Shown: positions 9,845 to 20,490, counted from the first letter of the stretch. The stretch: 64,000 bases of DNA from Candidatus Latescibacterota bacterium (GCA_965208125.1 OZ242320.1:3040001-3104000); one strand, 5' to 3'. Program-made: numbers and translations. The notes: a model not told the origin generated them from the letters alone.

Positions 9845-10051
9845 TTATCCGACCTTGAACAGAATGAGCGTTCCGAGAGTCAACAAGGTTGTGATTTGAA
9901 TGCCGATAACCCAACGAATATCGGTTCTCAAATCACGCTGGCCTTGCTCAACGCTTGTCAAGCGCGTGTTCATCTGTTCATTAATGCCTTCAATGCGAGA
10001 CAAGCGGGCATCAAACTCTGCCAACTTGTCTTGAGGTGTCGGAATCTGCAT
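9845..10051 (-). CDS. Small coiled-coil protein with a C-terminal TM helix (XhlA/DUF1640-like)
   Basis: Heptad region RLSRIEG...RLTSVE followed by hydrophobic WVIGIQITTLLTLGTLILF. Confidence 0.65.
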   Translation of the reverse strand: MQIPTPQDKLAEFDARLSRIEGINEQMNTRLTSVEQGQRDLRTDIRWVIGIQITTLLTLGTLILFKVG

Positions 10052-10253
10052 TATGGTTTTCTTTTGGGATTTTGGTGGTCAATGTTTGGAGTACGTTATA
10101 GAAATTTTCAGCAAATTCATTTGTTCAGACTATAAGAAATATAGTCACTGATTGGGGGGATTACAAGGATTTTTAGAAATATCCCTTGCTATTTCCTATG
10201 TATAAATTTAAACTCTGCTCCACCATGTCCCCTTTGTGTCTTAGTGTCTTTGT

Positions 10254-12248
10254 GTGATCCCTGCTCCTATGAAAAAATTGTCCCCGAAAAGCACTGTTCT
10301 ATCAAAAGTGACACGCCGATCCCTTGTAATCGGCCTGGTCATGGCGGCATGGGTCAATTTTTGGCCCGTGTACGCGAGTCTGGTGTTGCATTCCACACGC
10401 GCTGATCACGCGCATTTGTCCGTGGCTCTGCTCATTCCGTATTTGTTTTTGCTGGTGGGCAATCTGTTTCTGGGGCAGCGCGGTTTGTCGCCGTCTGAGT
10501 TGCTGGTCGTGTGTTGCATAGGCATAGTGGCTGCGTGTATGCAGGGTGAATGGTTGTCGAACTATTTTCTCGAAGCGCTTACTATGCCGCACTATTTTGC
10601 GTCGGCAGAGAACCGGTGGGGCGAGTTGCTGTTGCCGCATTTGCCGGGGTGGGCTGTGGTAAATGATCGCACGGCTGTGACGCATTTTTATGAGGGACTT
10701 CCGCCCGGGGAGGGGTTTCCGTGGCGTTTGTGGATTGCCCCGCTGTTCTGGTGGGGCACTTTTTTGGGTGCTATACTGGGTGTCAATCTCTGCTTGAGCG
10801 TGATTTTGCGAAGGCAGTGGGTGGCGCACGAGCGGTTGGCTTTTCCCGTGGCGCGTGCGCTTTTGGAACTGACGGGTGTGTCTGGAACGCGCGGCACGCT
10901 TTCCTCTCTGGTGAGGTCGCGTTTTTTTCTGGTGGGGTTTGCGGTCACTTTTCTGATTATTTGCTGGTTTATACTCACCTGGTTTTATGTGGCTGTGCCG
11001 CCACCGCCCATTTTGAGTGGCAATTTTGCGTCTAAATTGTTGCCACTTGCGCGGGGTTTTCCGCCTTTTCAGTTCCGGTTCAGTATTTTGACACTGGTGT
11101 TTGGCTATTTCACGAATCTGGAAGTGCTGTTTTCAATCTGGTTTTTTCATGTGCTGGCTATTGTGCAGGCAGGGGTGTTTAATCGCTTTGGTCTGGAAGT
11201 GGGCAGTGTGGATCCGTGGGGATCTTTTCACGCGGCGGTGGGGTGGCAGAGTTTTGGGGGGATGATCGTTTTTGTGGGCTGGGGCATGTGGATTGCGCGG
11301 TCACATTTGCGGGATGTTTTTCGCAAAGCGTTCTGGGGCGATGAGCGGGTGGATGATACTGGAGAATTGATGTCGTATCGGACCTCTGTGTGGGTGATGC
11401 TGGGCTGTTCTGCATATCTCCTGCTGTGGTTGAAAAGCGCGGGTATGGCCTGGGGCCCCATTCTGGCATTTTATTTTGCCACGCTGGTCTTGTATTTGGG
11501 ATTGGCGCGGATTATGGTGGAGAGCGGGCTTATATTTTTGCGCGGGCCGATCACGGCGCAGGCTTTTACCTGGCATTTGTTCGGCGTTTTGGGCATGGGA
11601 CCGGGCAGTGCAGTGATTTTGACGCTGACCAATGCGTTTGCCTGCGATGCCAAGACGTTTGCGATGACGCCTATGGCGCATGTGCCGAGATTGGGTATGG
11701 CAGTAAATCGCAGGTTGCGCAAAGTGCTCGCGCCAGGTGTGATGCTGGGGGCGTTAATTGGGGCTGCGATGGCGGTGGGATTTATTTTGTATTACGGCTA
11801 TTTTGTCATGGGAAGTTACAATTTTGGAACTGTGAGTTTCAGGGGTATTGGAGCGCTGAATCTGGCGGGGTTTAACCGGCTCGCCGCGGACCGCATTCAA
11901 GCCGGGACAATGGGGACGAGTTGGGATCGCATTGGTTTTTTGGGGATTGGTGCCGCATTTACGGGATTGTTGTTTTTTTTGCGGTATCGATTTCCGGGTT
12001 TTCCGATTCATCCGATTGGGTTTACGATTTCAGCTTCTGCACCGCTTCGCAATACAACACTGACGATTTTTATGGTTTGGGTATTGAAGACGATTGTTTT
12101 GCGGCTTGGTGGATTGGAGCGCTATCGCAGGTTGATACCGCTTTTTTTGGGGATGATGGTCGCTTATATGGCGGGCACGGCAATCGGTGTTGTTGTGGAT
12201 TGGATCTGGTTCCACGGGCAGGGGCATATGATCCATGTCGCGTGGTGA
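10254..12248 (+). CDS. DUF6785/DUF6784-type polytopic membrane protein (putative transporter)
   Basis: Many TM helices; motifs QWxxxERLxFP and FPIHPIG; paralogue of 18469-20490. Confidence 0.75.
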   Translation: MIPAPMKKLSPKSTVLSKVTRRSLVIGLVMAAWVNFWPVYASLVLHSTRADHAHLSVALLIPYLFLLVGNLFLGQRGLSPSELLVVCCIGIVAACMQGEWLSNYFLEALTMPHYFASAENRWGELLLPHLPGWAVVNDRTAVTHFYEGLPPGEGFPWRLWIAPLFWWGTFLGAILGVNLCLSVILRRQWVAHERLAFPVARALLELTGVSGTRGTLSSLVRSRFFLVGFAVTFLIICWFILTWFYVAVPPPPILSGNFASKLLPLARGFPPFQFRFSILTLVFGYFTNLEVLFSIWFFHVLAIVQAGVFNRFGLEVGSVDPWGSFHAAVGWQSFGGMIVFVGWGMWIARSHLRDVFRKAFWGDERVDDTGELMSYRTSVWVMLGCSAYLLLWLKSAGMAWGPILAFYFATLVLYLGLARIMVESGLIFLRGPITAQAFTWHLFGVLGMGPGSAVILTLTNAFACDAKTFAMTPMAHVPRLGMAVNRRLRKVLAPGVMLGALIGAAMAVGFILYYGYFVMGSYNFGTVSFRGIGALNLAGFNRLAADRIQAGTMGTSWDRIGFLGIGAAFTGLLFFLRYRFPGFPIHPIGFTISASAPLRNTTLTIFMVWVLKTIVLRLGGLERYRRLIPLFLGMMVAYMAGTAIGVVVDWIWFHGQGHMIHVAW

Positions 12249-12254
12249 GAGGGC

Positions 12255-13214
12255 CTACGTTGCTCTTATTAGCCGATATAAATTGGGGATTGTCTCCCGG
12301 TGGTCGCCCTGAATATAATAGCTTTCGCCGCCGTCTCGTACCGTGCGAACGAGGATGGTTTTGAAGGGGCGGTAGTAGTAGCGGGGGTCGGTTTTGGGGG
12401 CTTCGGTGTCGAGGTCGTCGCCGAGGGGGATGAGGTCGAAGACTGCCGTGGTAAATCTGGCGATGTTGCGACCTTCCTGGCGGGCGACATTGCGGGCCAT
12501 GGCGAGGGCTTTGAGATAGACTTCAGGCCCCATGATGGCCGTGCCGATGTTGAGCAGGACGCCGCCTTCGAGGTGGGAGATGGATTCTGTGAAAATTAAG
12601 AAGTCGGTGTAGGTGCTTGCGCCAATCGCTGCACCGTCGCAGTTGGGGTGTTCGTGCACAATGTCATAACCGATGCTGACGTGTGTGGTGATGGGGATGT
12701 TGAGTCGGACAGCAGCGGCAAAAATGCTGATGTCTTTGTGTGGGTAATTGCTTTCGAGGATGTTGCGCCCAACGGCTTCGCCCAGTCCAATGCCTTTTTG
12801 CGCCGCTGTTTGGGCAATGAGGTTGAGGTCGCCGGTTTCGGTCCACAGTCCAAATTCTCCGGTGCGGATATATCTGCCCACGCTTTCGGTGGTCGCGCCG
12901 ATGCGGGCAAGTTCGTAGTCGTGGATGGCACAGGCTCCATTGCCCGCAATATGGGTGATGAGGCCGCGTTCCATCATGTCGATGAGATAGCGCGCGGCGC
13001 CAGCGCGAATGACGTGTGCGCCAATCATGAAAATGATCGCGCAATTGTTTTGTCTGGCGCGTATAATGCGATCTGCGACAATGGGAAGGTTGGGGTTGTG
13101 AAAAGGGGGTATTGGCGCGTTGAGGTCGGGAATTTGATCGACGGAGAGGTCGTGTTTCCGCTGGTTGAGAGGGCGGAGTTTGAGTTTGGAGCGGTCGAAG
13201 GTTTTGTAGGGCAT
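12255..13214 (-). CDS. Conserved protein of deoxyhypusine-synthase-like fold (GSU2086-like)
   Basis: Motifs IGAHVI, NGACAIHDYE and GTAIMGPEVYLKAL. Confidence 0.6.
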   Translation of the reverse strand: MPYKTFDRSKLKLRPLNQRKHDLSVDQIPDLNAPIPPFHNPNLPIVADRIIRARQNNCAIIFMIGAHVIRAGAARYLIDMMERGLITHIAGNGACAIHDYELARIGATTESVGRYIRTGEFGLWTETGDLNLIAQTAAQKGIGLGEAVGRNILESNYPHKDISIFAAAVRLNIPITTHVSIGYDIVHEHPNCDGAAIGASTYTDFLIFTESISHLEGGVLLNIGTAIMGPEVYLKALAMARNVARQEGRNIARFTTAVFDLIPLGDDLDTEAPKTDPRYYYRPFKTILVRTVRDGGESYYIQGDHRETIPNLYRLIRAT

Positions 13215-13224
13215 GTTCTCTGTT

Positions 13225-13947
13225 TTAAATGTATTGATATGCTTTCATCGCGGGATGCAAAAACTCAAAATCATGGACGCCATCATCGGTTTTCCACCTG
13301 CCCACGGAATCGGGGCGCACGATTACTTTGCCCAATGGAAATCCGAGAAATTTTTCTACCCGCGCAAATGTCTCATCCTGATTTGTGATCGCATCCTCAA
13401 ATCGCACGGTGATACAGTGTTTGGGCACGGGTGTAGATTTCATGATTTCATACTGATACAACCAGGAGATTGCCCGTCGCTCGCGTATGTCATCTGTGTG
13501 CGGATATTGAATATCGAAGTCGCGCAGATCATCTGTTTTGTGCCCACTTAAGATGCAGTCGCGGGGATCGCGTACCCAGTGAATGTATTTTGCATCGGGA
13601 AACATGCGCACAATCCACGGATAGACCAGTGTGGTTTCGGGCAATTTCCATCCGTAGTTCTCGTACCGATTTCTGGGGGGAAGCACGTCTTGCAAATAGG
13701 TTTCGACGAGGTGGATAAATTCGGGGTCGATGTCCATGGTGTGCAGGTCATCAAAATCCCACGATAGATCGCCGTTCCATTTTACGTATTTTGCCATTAC
13801 GCGACACGCATCGTACAGCGCCTGGGGAGGCATTTTATCGCCCGATGCATTGATCAAGCGTCCCATGTACATACCGCTGGCATAGAGCGTGTGGGAGATC
13901 AAGCGCGTGCCCGAATGCCCACGTCCGATAACTGTGACTAACGACAA
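13225..13947 (-). CDS. Sulfotransferase family protein
   Basis: 5'-PSB loop GRGHSGT, YGWK, and 3'-PB motif VRDPRD. Confidence 0.85.
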   Translation of the reverse strand: MSLVTVIGRGHSGTRLISHTLYASGMYMGRLINASGDKMPPQALYDACRVMAKYVKWNGDLSWDFDDLHTMDIDPEFIHLVETYLQDVLPPRNRYENYGWKLPETTLVYPWIVRMFPDAKYIHWVRDPRDCILSGHKTDDLRDFDIQYPHTDDIRERRAISWLYQYEIMKSTPVPKHCITVRFEDAITNQDETFARVEKFLGFPLGKVIVRPDSVGRWKTDDGVHDFEFLHPAMKAYQYI

Positions 13948-13959
13948 TGTTTTTCCTCC

Positions 13960-14769
13960 TTATAGCTTTTCTTCAAACTCGTTTTTTATGCGAATTTTAT
14001 CGGCTGCATTTCCAAAGCCCAGACTGAACCATCCGTCATATCCCATGGTGTTTAAGCGTTTGAAAAGTGCGTCAAAATCGATTGTTCCTTCTCCCGGTAC
14101 CAGGTGTATTTCACGATCGCCATTGTTATCATTGATGCGTATCTGGCCGATGTTATCTACGCCAAATGCATCGAGAAATCCAGCCCAGCCTTCGGGTACG
14201 AGATGCCCATGCGCGACGTTGAAAGCCCACTTGAAGTGATCGGATTGAATGGCATCAAAAAACCACTGTGTCTCTTCGACATTGTGTGGCAAATAGTGAA
14301 TTTCGGCGTGTTCGGGTTCCAGGTTGTGGTTTTCAAAATAGATCGCGACATCGGTTTTTTCCGCCCGATGTACCAGTCGTTTCATGCGTTCTATGGCAGC
14401 ATCTCGGCGCGAGGCTATATCGCCAAAGTGATAGCCTCCATGGCCGACGATCCAGCCGCATCCCAATTGAACCGCGAGGTCAAAATTGGCGTTTACATAG
14501 ACATCGACGGCCTCGGATAATATCGGTACGTATTCGGCATTGTTAATGGCGGAGGAGGGATGTACGCCGATTTGCACAGCGTGTTTTTCGCACAGGTCTC
14601 GAATGCGTTTTACGCGCGCATTGTCAAAAGAGGCGAGATTATTTGGGGGCATATCGGCCTGAAAGTCGATATAGCGAAATCCATTTTCTGCACCCCACAC
14701 AATGCCCTCTTCAAGGGGTGTGGTTCTGTCCATGTTGTATCCAAATCGTCCGCTCATTATTGTCTCCAT
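13960..14769 (-). CDS. Sugar phosphate isomerase/epimerase (AP endonuclease 2 fold)
   Basis: FENH, NVAH, DNNG..EIHLVPGEGTIDF. Confidence 0.75.
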   Translation of the reverse strand: METIMSGRFGYNMDRTTPLEEGIVWGAENGFRYIDFQADMPPNNLASFDNARVKRIRDLCEKHAVQIGVHPSSAINNAEYVPILSEAVDVYVNANFDLAVQLGCGWIVGHGGYHFGDIASRRDAAIERMKRLVHRAEKTDVAIYFENHNLEPEHAEIHYLPHNVEETQWFFDAIQSDHFKWAFNVAHGHLVPEGWAGFLDAFGVDNIGQIRINDNNGDREIHLVPGEGTIDFDALFKRLNTMGYDGWFSLGFGNAADKIRIKNEFEEKL

Positions 14770-14787
14770 GAAGATGTAAAAAAATCA

Positions 14788-15987
14788 TTACGCAATCAAT
14801 GCCTGGTACACCAGTGTTTTAAATTCAGCGCGAATGCGATAATAATTTGCGGGCATAAATTGCGTGAGCAATAGCCCGACGAGTTCTTCTTCATAATCGA
14901 TCCAGAACGCAGTTGTTGCCGCACCACCCCAACGAAATGTTCCCACACTTCCGGGACCGCCAGCGGCAGCGTCGAGCAAAATCGCGCCTCCCAATCCAAA
15001 ACCTTCCCCCGATAGATTTGTCAGTCCCAGAGAGATGGGCATCAGTTCGTCGGGCAAGTGGTTCATTGTCATCAGTTCGACGGTTTTGCGTCCCAGAAGG
15101 CGTACGCCTTGAAACGCGCCTCCATTGAGCATCATGTGGCAGAAGCGAATATAATCAGAGGCTGTGGAGACCAATCCGCCGCCACCGGAAAAGAATTTTT
15201 GCGGACTGGAAAATTTGCTGGTCGCCGGGTCGTCAATTACTCGAATCCCACCTTCTTGTGCCGGGCCGTAATTTGTTGTAAACCGATGTCCCTGGCCCTC
15301 GCGCACCCAAAATTCCGTGTCTTCCATGCCGAGGGGATCTAAAATTCGCTCTCTGAAAAACGCATTGAGAGGCATGCCAGAGACAACTTCGACAAAATGC
15401 CCGAGTACATCGGTCGATACGCTGTAACGCCAGGCTGTACCCGGTTGATTCGCCAGGGGTAGCTTTGCCAGTGTTTGTACCATTTCTTTTGTCGAATGAT
15501 CTGGCCGATTAATTTTTGCCTGATTATACATTTGTTCGACGGGTGAATTGCCCAAAAAGCCATAGGTCATTCCCGATGTGTGGGTCATCAAATGGCGAAT
15601 TGTGATTTCTCGCTCCAGGTCCTCTGGGGGTACGCCTGTACCGGCGAAGACTTTTACATCATTCAATTCTGGAATATAATTCGATACGGGATCATCCAGT
15701 TGAAAAAGTCCCTCTTCAAAGAGCATCATGGCCGCGACAGTTGTGATCGGTTTGGTCATTGAATAAATCCGAAAGATCGTATCGCGCGTTGTGGGTACTT
15801 TTGTGTCTTGTGTTCCGAAACATGAAAAATGCGCGATTTTGCCCTGCCGACAAACCATCGTTATAATGCTGACGAGTTTGTCTTCGTCGATATAGCGCTG
15901 CATCACGCGATTGATGCGGTGCAGACGCGTAGCCGATAGTCCCACATCTTCTGGTGCAACGGTGGGAAGCCCTGGATCACTGTTCAA
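14788..15987 (-). CDS. Serine hydrolase, beta-lactamase class C-like
   Basis: SMTK catalytic motif, LMTHTSG, WRYS, WGGAA. Confidence 0.9.
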   Translation of the reverse strand: MNSDPGLPTVAPEDVGLSATRLHRINRVMQRYIDEDKLVSIITMVCRQGKIAHFSCFGTQDTKVPTTRDTIFRIYSMTKPITTVAAMMLFEEGLFQLDDPVSNYIPELNDVKVFAGTGVPPEDLEREITIRHLMTHTSGMTYGFLGNSPVEQMYNQAKINRPDHSTKEMVQTLAKLPLANQPGTAWRYSVSTDVLGHFVEVVSGMPLNAFFRERILDPLGMEDTEFWVREGQGHRFTTNYGPAQEGGIRVIDDPATSKFSSPQKFFSGGGGLVSTASDYIRFCHMMLNGGAFQGVRLLGRKTVELMTMNHLPDELMPISLGLTNLSGEGFGLGGAILLDAAAGGPGSVGTFRWGGAATTAFWIDYEEELVGLLLTQFMPANYYRIRAEFKTLVYQALIA

Positions 15988-16021
15988 GATTTACTCCTTT
16001 CGCTTAAAGTATGTATCGCTT

Positions 16022-17170
16022 TCAGTTCAGTCCATTTACCAGATCCGGTGGTATAGACGCCACATGAATCTGGGGCTGTCCACTCAGGTCGGATGTGAAC
16101 ACCAGCCATTGCATATCCGGAGAGGCGTAGGCGTGTGGATGCGCTTTTTTGACGAGAATTGAGGTGCGGGCGTCGCATACGACCGCATTTTTTCCCGTCT
16201 GGATGGATCCCAGCAGGAGCTTGCCGGATCCCTGCCAGTCATCGGCAAAAAAGTACTGGCCGCACGGAGATGTCCCCAGGTGATTAAATCGGTACCCGCG
16301 CGAGACGCTCCGGGGCGGTGCCCCGGCTTTTACGCCCAGCAGATTGCCCTTTTCGGGGGTGTAGTCGCCTTCTGCAAAATACCATTCCTCGGGGCTGTGT
16401 AGCCCGCGGGCGTTTGGGGCACGGACTGTGAGCAAGATCTCGTTCGTTCCCGCAATCCACGCCTCGTGTCCCACGATGCTGGGCGTATAAGGTTCCCCTA
16501 CCTGCAACCGCGTCACCTTTCCGCTCGGGATGTCCAGAAGAAATTCTGTGGCACCCTGTTCTCCGAAAATTACCGCCCTGGTACCGTCGGGCAGCACCTT
16601 GCATCCCCGGTTGTGCTGTACCATAATTTGCTTGCCCCAGGTGGGCTCGAACTGGGTGTGGGGGTTGCAAATATCCGGATCGGTGTGGATGAGATCCCGC
16701 GTGCCGGTCTTCAAATCCAGCAGTTCGATCCCGAACATCTGGGGTTCCAGGCTGAGGGTGACGCCATAGGCATAGTAGCGCTCGTCGGGAGACACTGTGT
16801 CCATCCCCCGGTGCTGAAAATCTTCGGGAAATTCAAAAATTACCTCCCATTCGCCCGTGGCGAGATCCACCCGCCGCAGTTCCAGGCATTTCCCCTCTCG
16901 AACATGGCGGTAGTAAAAGATCCCGGTGTGGCTCATCCCCGGTGCCCGCAGTCCCTGCCCCACAACCTCACTCTTCCAGGTCCCGAATTCGCAGGTCACA
17001 TATTCGGTATCGTTCGGGCCGGGTTTCGGATTTTGCCGTTCGTACACAAAAACTCGAGAGTCCGCCGAACAGTAGGGCTGTTCGCAGTAAATATTAGATT
17101 TTTCGAGTGGGTCGTCGGTGATCTGATAGACGACAGTGCCACTTGTATCTTCCTCAAGTATTCTGGCCAT
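16022..17170 (-). CDS. Oligogalacturonate-lyase-like beta-propeller protein
   Basis: CNPHTQFEP, GHEAW, FNHLG and C-terminal HPHAYASPD...FTSD; no signal peptide. Confidence 0.65.
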   Translation of the reverse strand: MARILEEDTSGTVVYQITDDPLEKSNIYCEQPYCSADSRVFVYERQNPKPGPNDTEYVTCEFGTWKSEVVGQGLRAPGMSHTGIFYYRHVREGKCLELRRVDLATGEWEVIFEFPEDFQHRGMDTVSPDERYYAYGVTLSLEPQMFGIELLDLKTGTRDLIHTDPDICNPHTQFEPTWGKQIMVQHNRGCKVLPDGTRAVIFGEQGATEFLLDIPSGKVTRLQVGEPYTPSIVGHEAWIAGTNEILLTVRAPNARGLHSPEEWYFAEGDYTPEKGNLLGVKAGAPPRSVSRGYRFNHLGTSPCGQYFFADDWQGSGKLLLGSIQTGKNAVVCDARTSILVKKAHPHAYASPDMQWLVFTSDLSGQPQIHVASIPPDLVNGLN

Positions 17171-17220
17171 AGCTGGTTTCCTTTTCTATCGTCCTCCTGG
17201 TTCTGGTGGCCAATGTCCTG

Positions 17221-18372
17221 TTATGGCTCAATCAGATTGTCGTTAATATAATCCCAGTTGAAATCAAATCCCAGACCTGGTAGCTGGGGGAGGATGACAT
17301 TGCCGTCATCATCCAGGGGATCGACAATGGAATTCAAATAGGGGGGTGGGGTTTCGTAGTCGAAGTCGGGACGCAAGAGGCCGCGTTCATAGTATTCACA
17401 AGTTGCTTCTGTTGTTGCGCCCAGGATTTGCATGTTTGCCCATCCGCCATAGTGCATTTCACACTGAATGCCGAAGGCCTGGGCTATGTTGACCATTTTG
17501 TAGCATCCCGTGATACCGCCATAGTTTTGGTCGATGCGCAGCATGTCAGATGCGCCCTGGAGTACCCATTCGGCGCGTGTGAATACGCCACCGGGAATGT
17601 GTTCGGGTGAGAGAATGGCGATGTCCAGCTCGCGGGTCAATCGTCGGTATGCTTCTGTTCGCGTTTCTACCATGGGATGTTCGAGCCAGTAATAGTTCAG
17701 TTTTTCCAACTCTCGACCGACCCAAAGCGATTGCTCTAAGGTATAAACGCCAAAGGGGTCTAACATCAAGACCATGTCATCGCCGACGGCTTCGCGCACG
17801 GCCTTGCATACTTCTATGTCTTCTTTGGGAAATCCGGGTACCTGTGGGGCAGGTTCCCAGGTGTGTGGATTCCAGCAGATGTACGCGTGAACTTTATAGG
17901 CTTTGTATCCCTGTTTTTTGCATTCGAGTGCATGTTCGGCATAGTCTTCGGGTTTGCCGATGTTGGGATAGGTGCTGGCATAAGCTTTGACTTTGTCGCG
18001 CGCACCGCCGAGGATCTTGTGTACGGGCAGGTCAACCATTCTGCCGAGCAGGTCCCAAAGGGCGCAATCGACTGCGCCCATCACATGCTCGGGCAAGCTG
18101 TGACCGAAAGTGACGAGTTGGTCCATCCAGTTCCAGATTGTTTCACGCGCAAGAGGATCTTCGCCGATTAACATGCGCTTGATTGGACCTTCAAGGTATC
18201 GCCGATCGCCGCCGACCATATATCCTTCGAGACCCTCATCTGTAGCGATTTTGAAGATTGAGCTTGCCGACTCTTTTTGCTCTTCTCCCCAGATGCCGTA
18301 GCCCCACTTACTCGGTCGAGACCTGCCGCCTGGCGTGCGGAATGTAATCACTTCGATGTCTGTAATTTTCAT
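17221..18372 (-). CDS. Mandelate racemase/muconate lactonizing enzyme family (enolase superfamily), probable acid-sugar dehydratase
   Basis: VDCALWDLLG, KVH, and metal ligands LD, LE, PE; C-terminal PGLG. Confidence 0.88.
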   Translation of the reverse strand: MKITDIEVITFRTPGGRSRPSKWGYGIWGEEQKESASSIFKIATDEGLEGYMVGGDRRYLEGPIKRMLIGEDPLARETIWNWMDQLVTFGHSLPEHVMGAVDCALWDLLGRMVDLPVHKILGGARDKVKAYASTYPNIGKPEDYAEHALECKKQGYKAYKVHAYICWNPHTWEPAPQVPGFPKEDIEVCKAVREAVGDDMVLMLDPFGVYTLEQSLWVGRELEKLNYYWLEHPMVETRTEAYRRLTRELDIAILSPEHIPGGVFTRAEWVLQGASDMLRIDQNYGGITGCYKMVNIAQAFGIQCEMHYGGWANMQILGATTEATCEYYERGLLRPDFDYETPPPYLNSIVDPLDDDGNVILPQLPGLGFDFNWDYINDNLIEP

Positions 18373-18468
18373 GGGGTCCTCAATTCAAAAGATGAAAAGG
18401 AACACAGATTGCTCGTGATGTTTCAATTTAGTTTTTTATACTGAAAAATCAAGGATAAGCGGATATCT

Positions 18469-20490
18469 CTACCAGGTGTGGATCCAGTGACCTCCCTCGG
18501 GAAACCAGATGAGGTCAACGATGGAGGAGGCGACGATGCCAGCGACATACCCCACCGTGATACCGATAAAAAAGGGTGCGGCGCGGCGGTAGAGCGCGAC
18601 CCCTCCAATGCGGAGCAGGATGAGTTTCGCCGCCCAGGTGAGGAATAGCGAAAAGGAATAGAATCGCAGGCCACGCGTGTCTTGAAAGACCAATCCGAGC
18701 GGGTGAATTGGCCACCAGGGAAGACGGTTGCGCAGAAGAATCAGAAGACTTGCCTGGAGGCCTCCTATCAGCCAGACGATCATTTTGGCGGGATCGAAGA
18801 CAGTGCGATCGGCGCGAAGGATATCTGATCGCATTGCGTTGTAGGAACCGACGGGACCTGCGCTCGAGCTGAATGGCGCAAGATGGAGGTTCTGTCCGCC
18901 ATAGTGATAGGCGATATAGATGATGGAGATGAATGAGGCGGCCATACCGACGACAAAGGCCAGCAAAGCCAGGTGAGGGAGGCGGGAAGATGTTCTGGTC
19001 TGTCTGCCGAGGAGCTTGAAGTGGTGGGGTAGCGCGGGCCACGCCGGTACGCGAGCGTTCCCGAAGAAACCGCAGGAGTTCACCAATCCGATGCCGATGA
19101 GGTTTTTCCGATCCAGATGCGCTGTGCCGACAAAGCTTGTCAGCAGTTCCCCGCCCTTGGCTCCATAGGGATTGGTGGTGGGGGGGAAGAGGTGGGTGAA
19201 CCCGGTGGCAGCGGTGAATTTGGCCACGGTGAAGTAGGCAATATAGAGCAGGAGTGTGTGAAACACAGCAACCGGATAGGCCATGCCAACTGCGTGCATC
19301 CACCCGATGATGTAAATTGTGGCGGCAAAAAACGCGATCAGTACAGCGCGATAGCGCCTCCTATCACCCGCTATGCGGTTACCAGTGCGCGCCGACTGCC
19401 ATACCTGGTGGAGATGCTCCCGTGTCGCCCAGACCGACCATATTACGAGCAGTACCATAGCGCCGTGGCTTTCGATCTCGATGATCTGTTCGGGGCGGGC
19501 CTGCTGGCCTGCCATGCCGACAGAGAAGCCCGTTCGGGTCATCAGGCCCAGTTTCAGGGTGGCGAGAAGTCGGATAAACCAGAAACTGAACAGAATATCG
19601 AGATCGCAGAAGTAGGTGAGTCCTACGACAGAAGGCAGGATGCGAATGGGGATGAATGGGTAGCCTTTGGCAATCTCTATCTGTTTGCTTCCGATGCCGC
19701 CATAGATGCCCAGAGGCGGTAGTTCGTGAAGGAAATAGCCCGCGATATTGTATAGAATGACGCCGAACACAGCGAAGAATCCTGCCCAGAAGATCTTTTT
19801 TTTGAAGATGGCAGGCACGCGGTCGTGTCCGTTGAACCCCGAAGTCAAGTGGATAGCGAACTGCCCGAGAGGATATGTCAGGCGCTCGGCATCTTCCCAC
19901 TGCCGTTGGAAGAGCATGCAGAGGCAGACTCCCGCGGTAAACAGGGCGATGGATACGCTCCCCCACCAGAACATGGGTTTGATCCACCCGATCCAGGGTA
20001 TCGACATGCCCGGAGAAAGACCGTCGAAGAAAGGCCGAATGACGCCCGTCTCTGTGTCTGTAAACGCCCACCAGGGAATAGCGCTGAAAAGGACCTCTTG
20101 CCACTGGTTTTCGGGAGACGCGTAATAGGTCGGGGTCGAGACGATAGTGGACCAGTAGGCTGCCCAGCCTTCAAGGGCAATGCCGGAGGAGATCCAGGAC
20201 ATACAATAGATGACCAGAAGCTCTCTGCTGCTGAGGGTGGCGGAAGGGAAGAAGGCTTTCAGAACGATATTTACAAAGAGCCAGAGGAAGAAAGGAATCA
20301 GCATCGCCATGGGGTATTGTGACTTTACAAGGGCGGAAGATCCCATGACCAGGCCTGTGTGATTGGTATAGATGTGCAAGGCAATGATGGTGACCACACC
20401 CAGGAGGACAGAACGAAGCGTGATGCGATCCGGTCTGGCGACTTCGACGTTTTCTGTCGGACTGATCCTCGGTGTATCCAGTGCTGACAT
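18469..20490 (-). CDS. DUF6785/DUF6784-type polytopic membrane protein
   Basis: Motifs QWEDAERLTYP and WWPIHPLG; C-terminus VDLIWFP. Confidence 0.75.
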   Translation of the reverse strand: MSALDTPRISPTENVEVARPDRITLRSVLLGVVTIIALHIYTNHTGLVMGSSALVKSQYPMAMLIPFFLWLFVNIVLKAFFPSATLSSRELLVIYCMSWISSGIALEGWAAYWSTIVSTPTYYASPENQWQEVLFSAIPWWAFTDTETGVIRPFFDGLSPGMSIPWIGWIKPMFWWGSVSIALFTAGVCLCMLFQRQWEDAERLTYPLGQFAIHLTSGFNGHDRVPAIFKKKIFWAGFFAVFGVILYNIAGYFLHELPPLGIYGGIGSKQIEIAKGYPFIPIRILPSVVGLTYFCDLDILFSFWFIRLLATLKLGLMTRTGFSVGMAGQQARPEQIIEIESHGAMVLLVIWSVWATREHLHQVWQSARTGNRIAGDRRRYRAVLIAFFAATIYIIGWMHAVGMAYPVAVFHTLLLYIAYFTVAKFTAATGFTHLFPPTTNPYGAKGGELLTSFVGTAHLDRKNLIGIGLVNSCGFFGNARVPAWPALPHHFKLLGRQTRTSSRLPHLALLAFVVGMAASFISIIYIAYHYGGQNLHLAPFSSSAGPVGSYNAMRSDILRADRTVFDPAKMIVWLIGGLQASLLILLRNRLPWWPIHPLGLVFQDTRGLRFYSFSLFLTWAAKLILLRIGGVALYRRAAPFFIGITVGYVAGIVASSIVDLIWFPEGGHWIHTW

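Noticed and set aside
14788-15987. Antibiotic-resistance beta-lactamase
   Set aside because: No signal peptide; the motifs fit the broad cytoplasmic esterase-type serine hydrolases.
15988-18468. A distal att copy of tRNA-Val marking the left island border
   Set aside because: No tRNA-like fragment was found in these intergenic regions, so the border is undefined.
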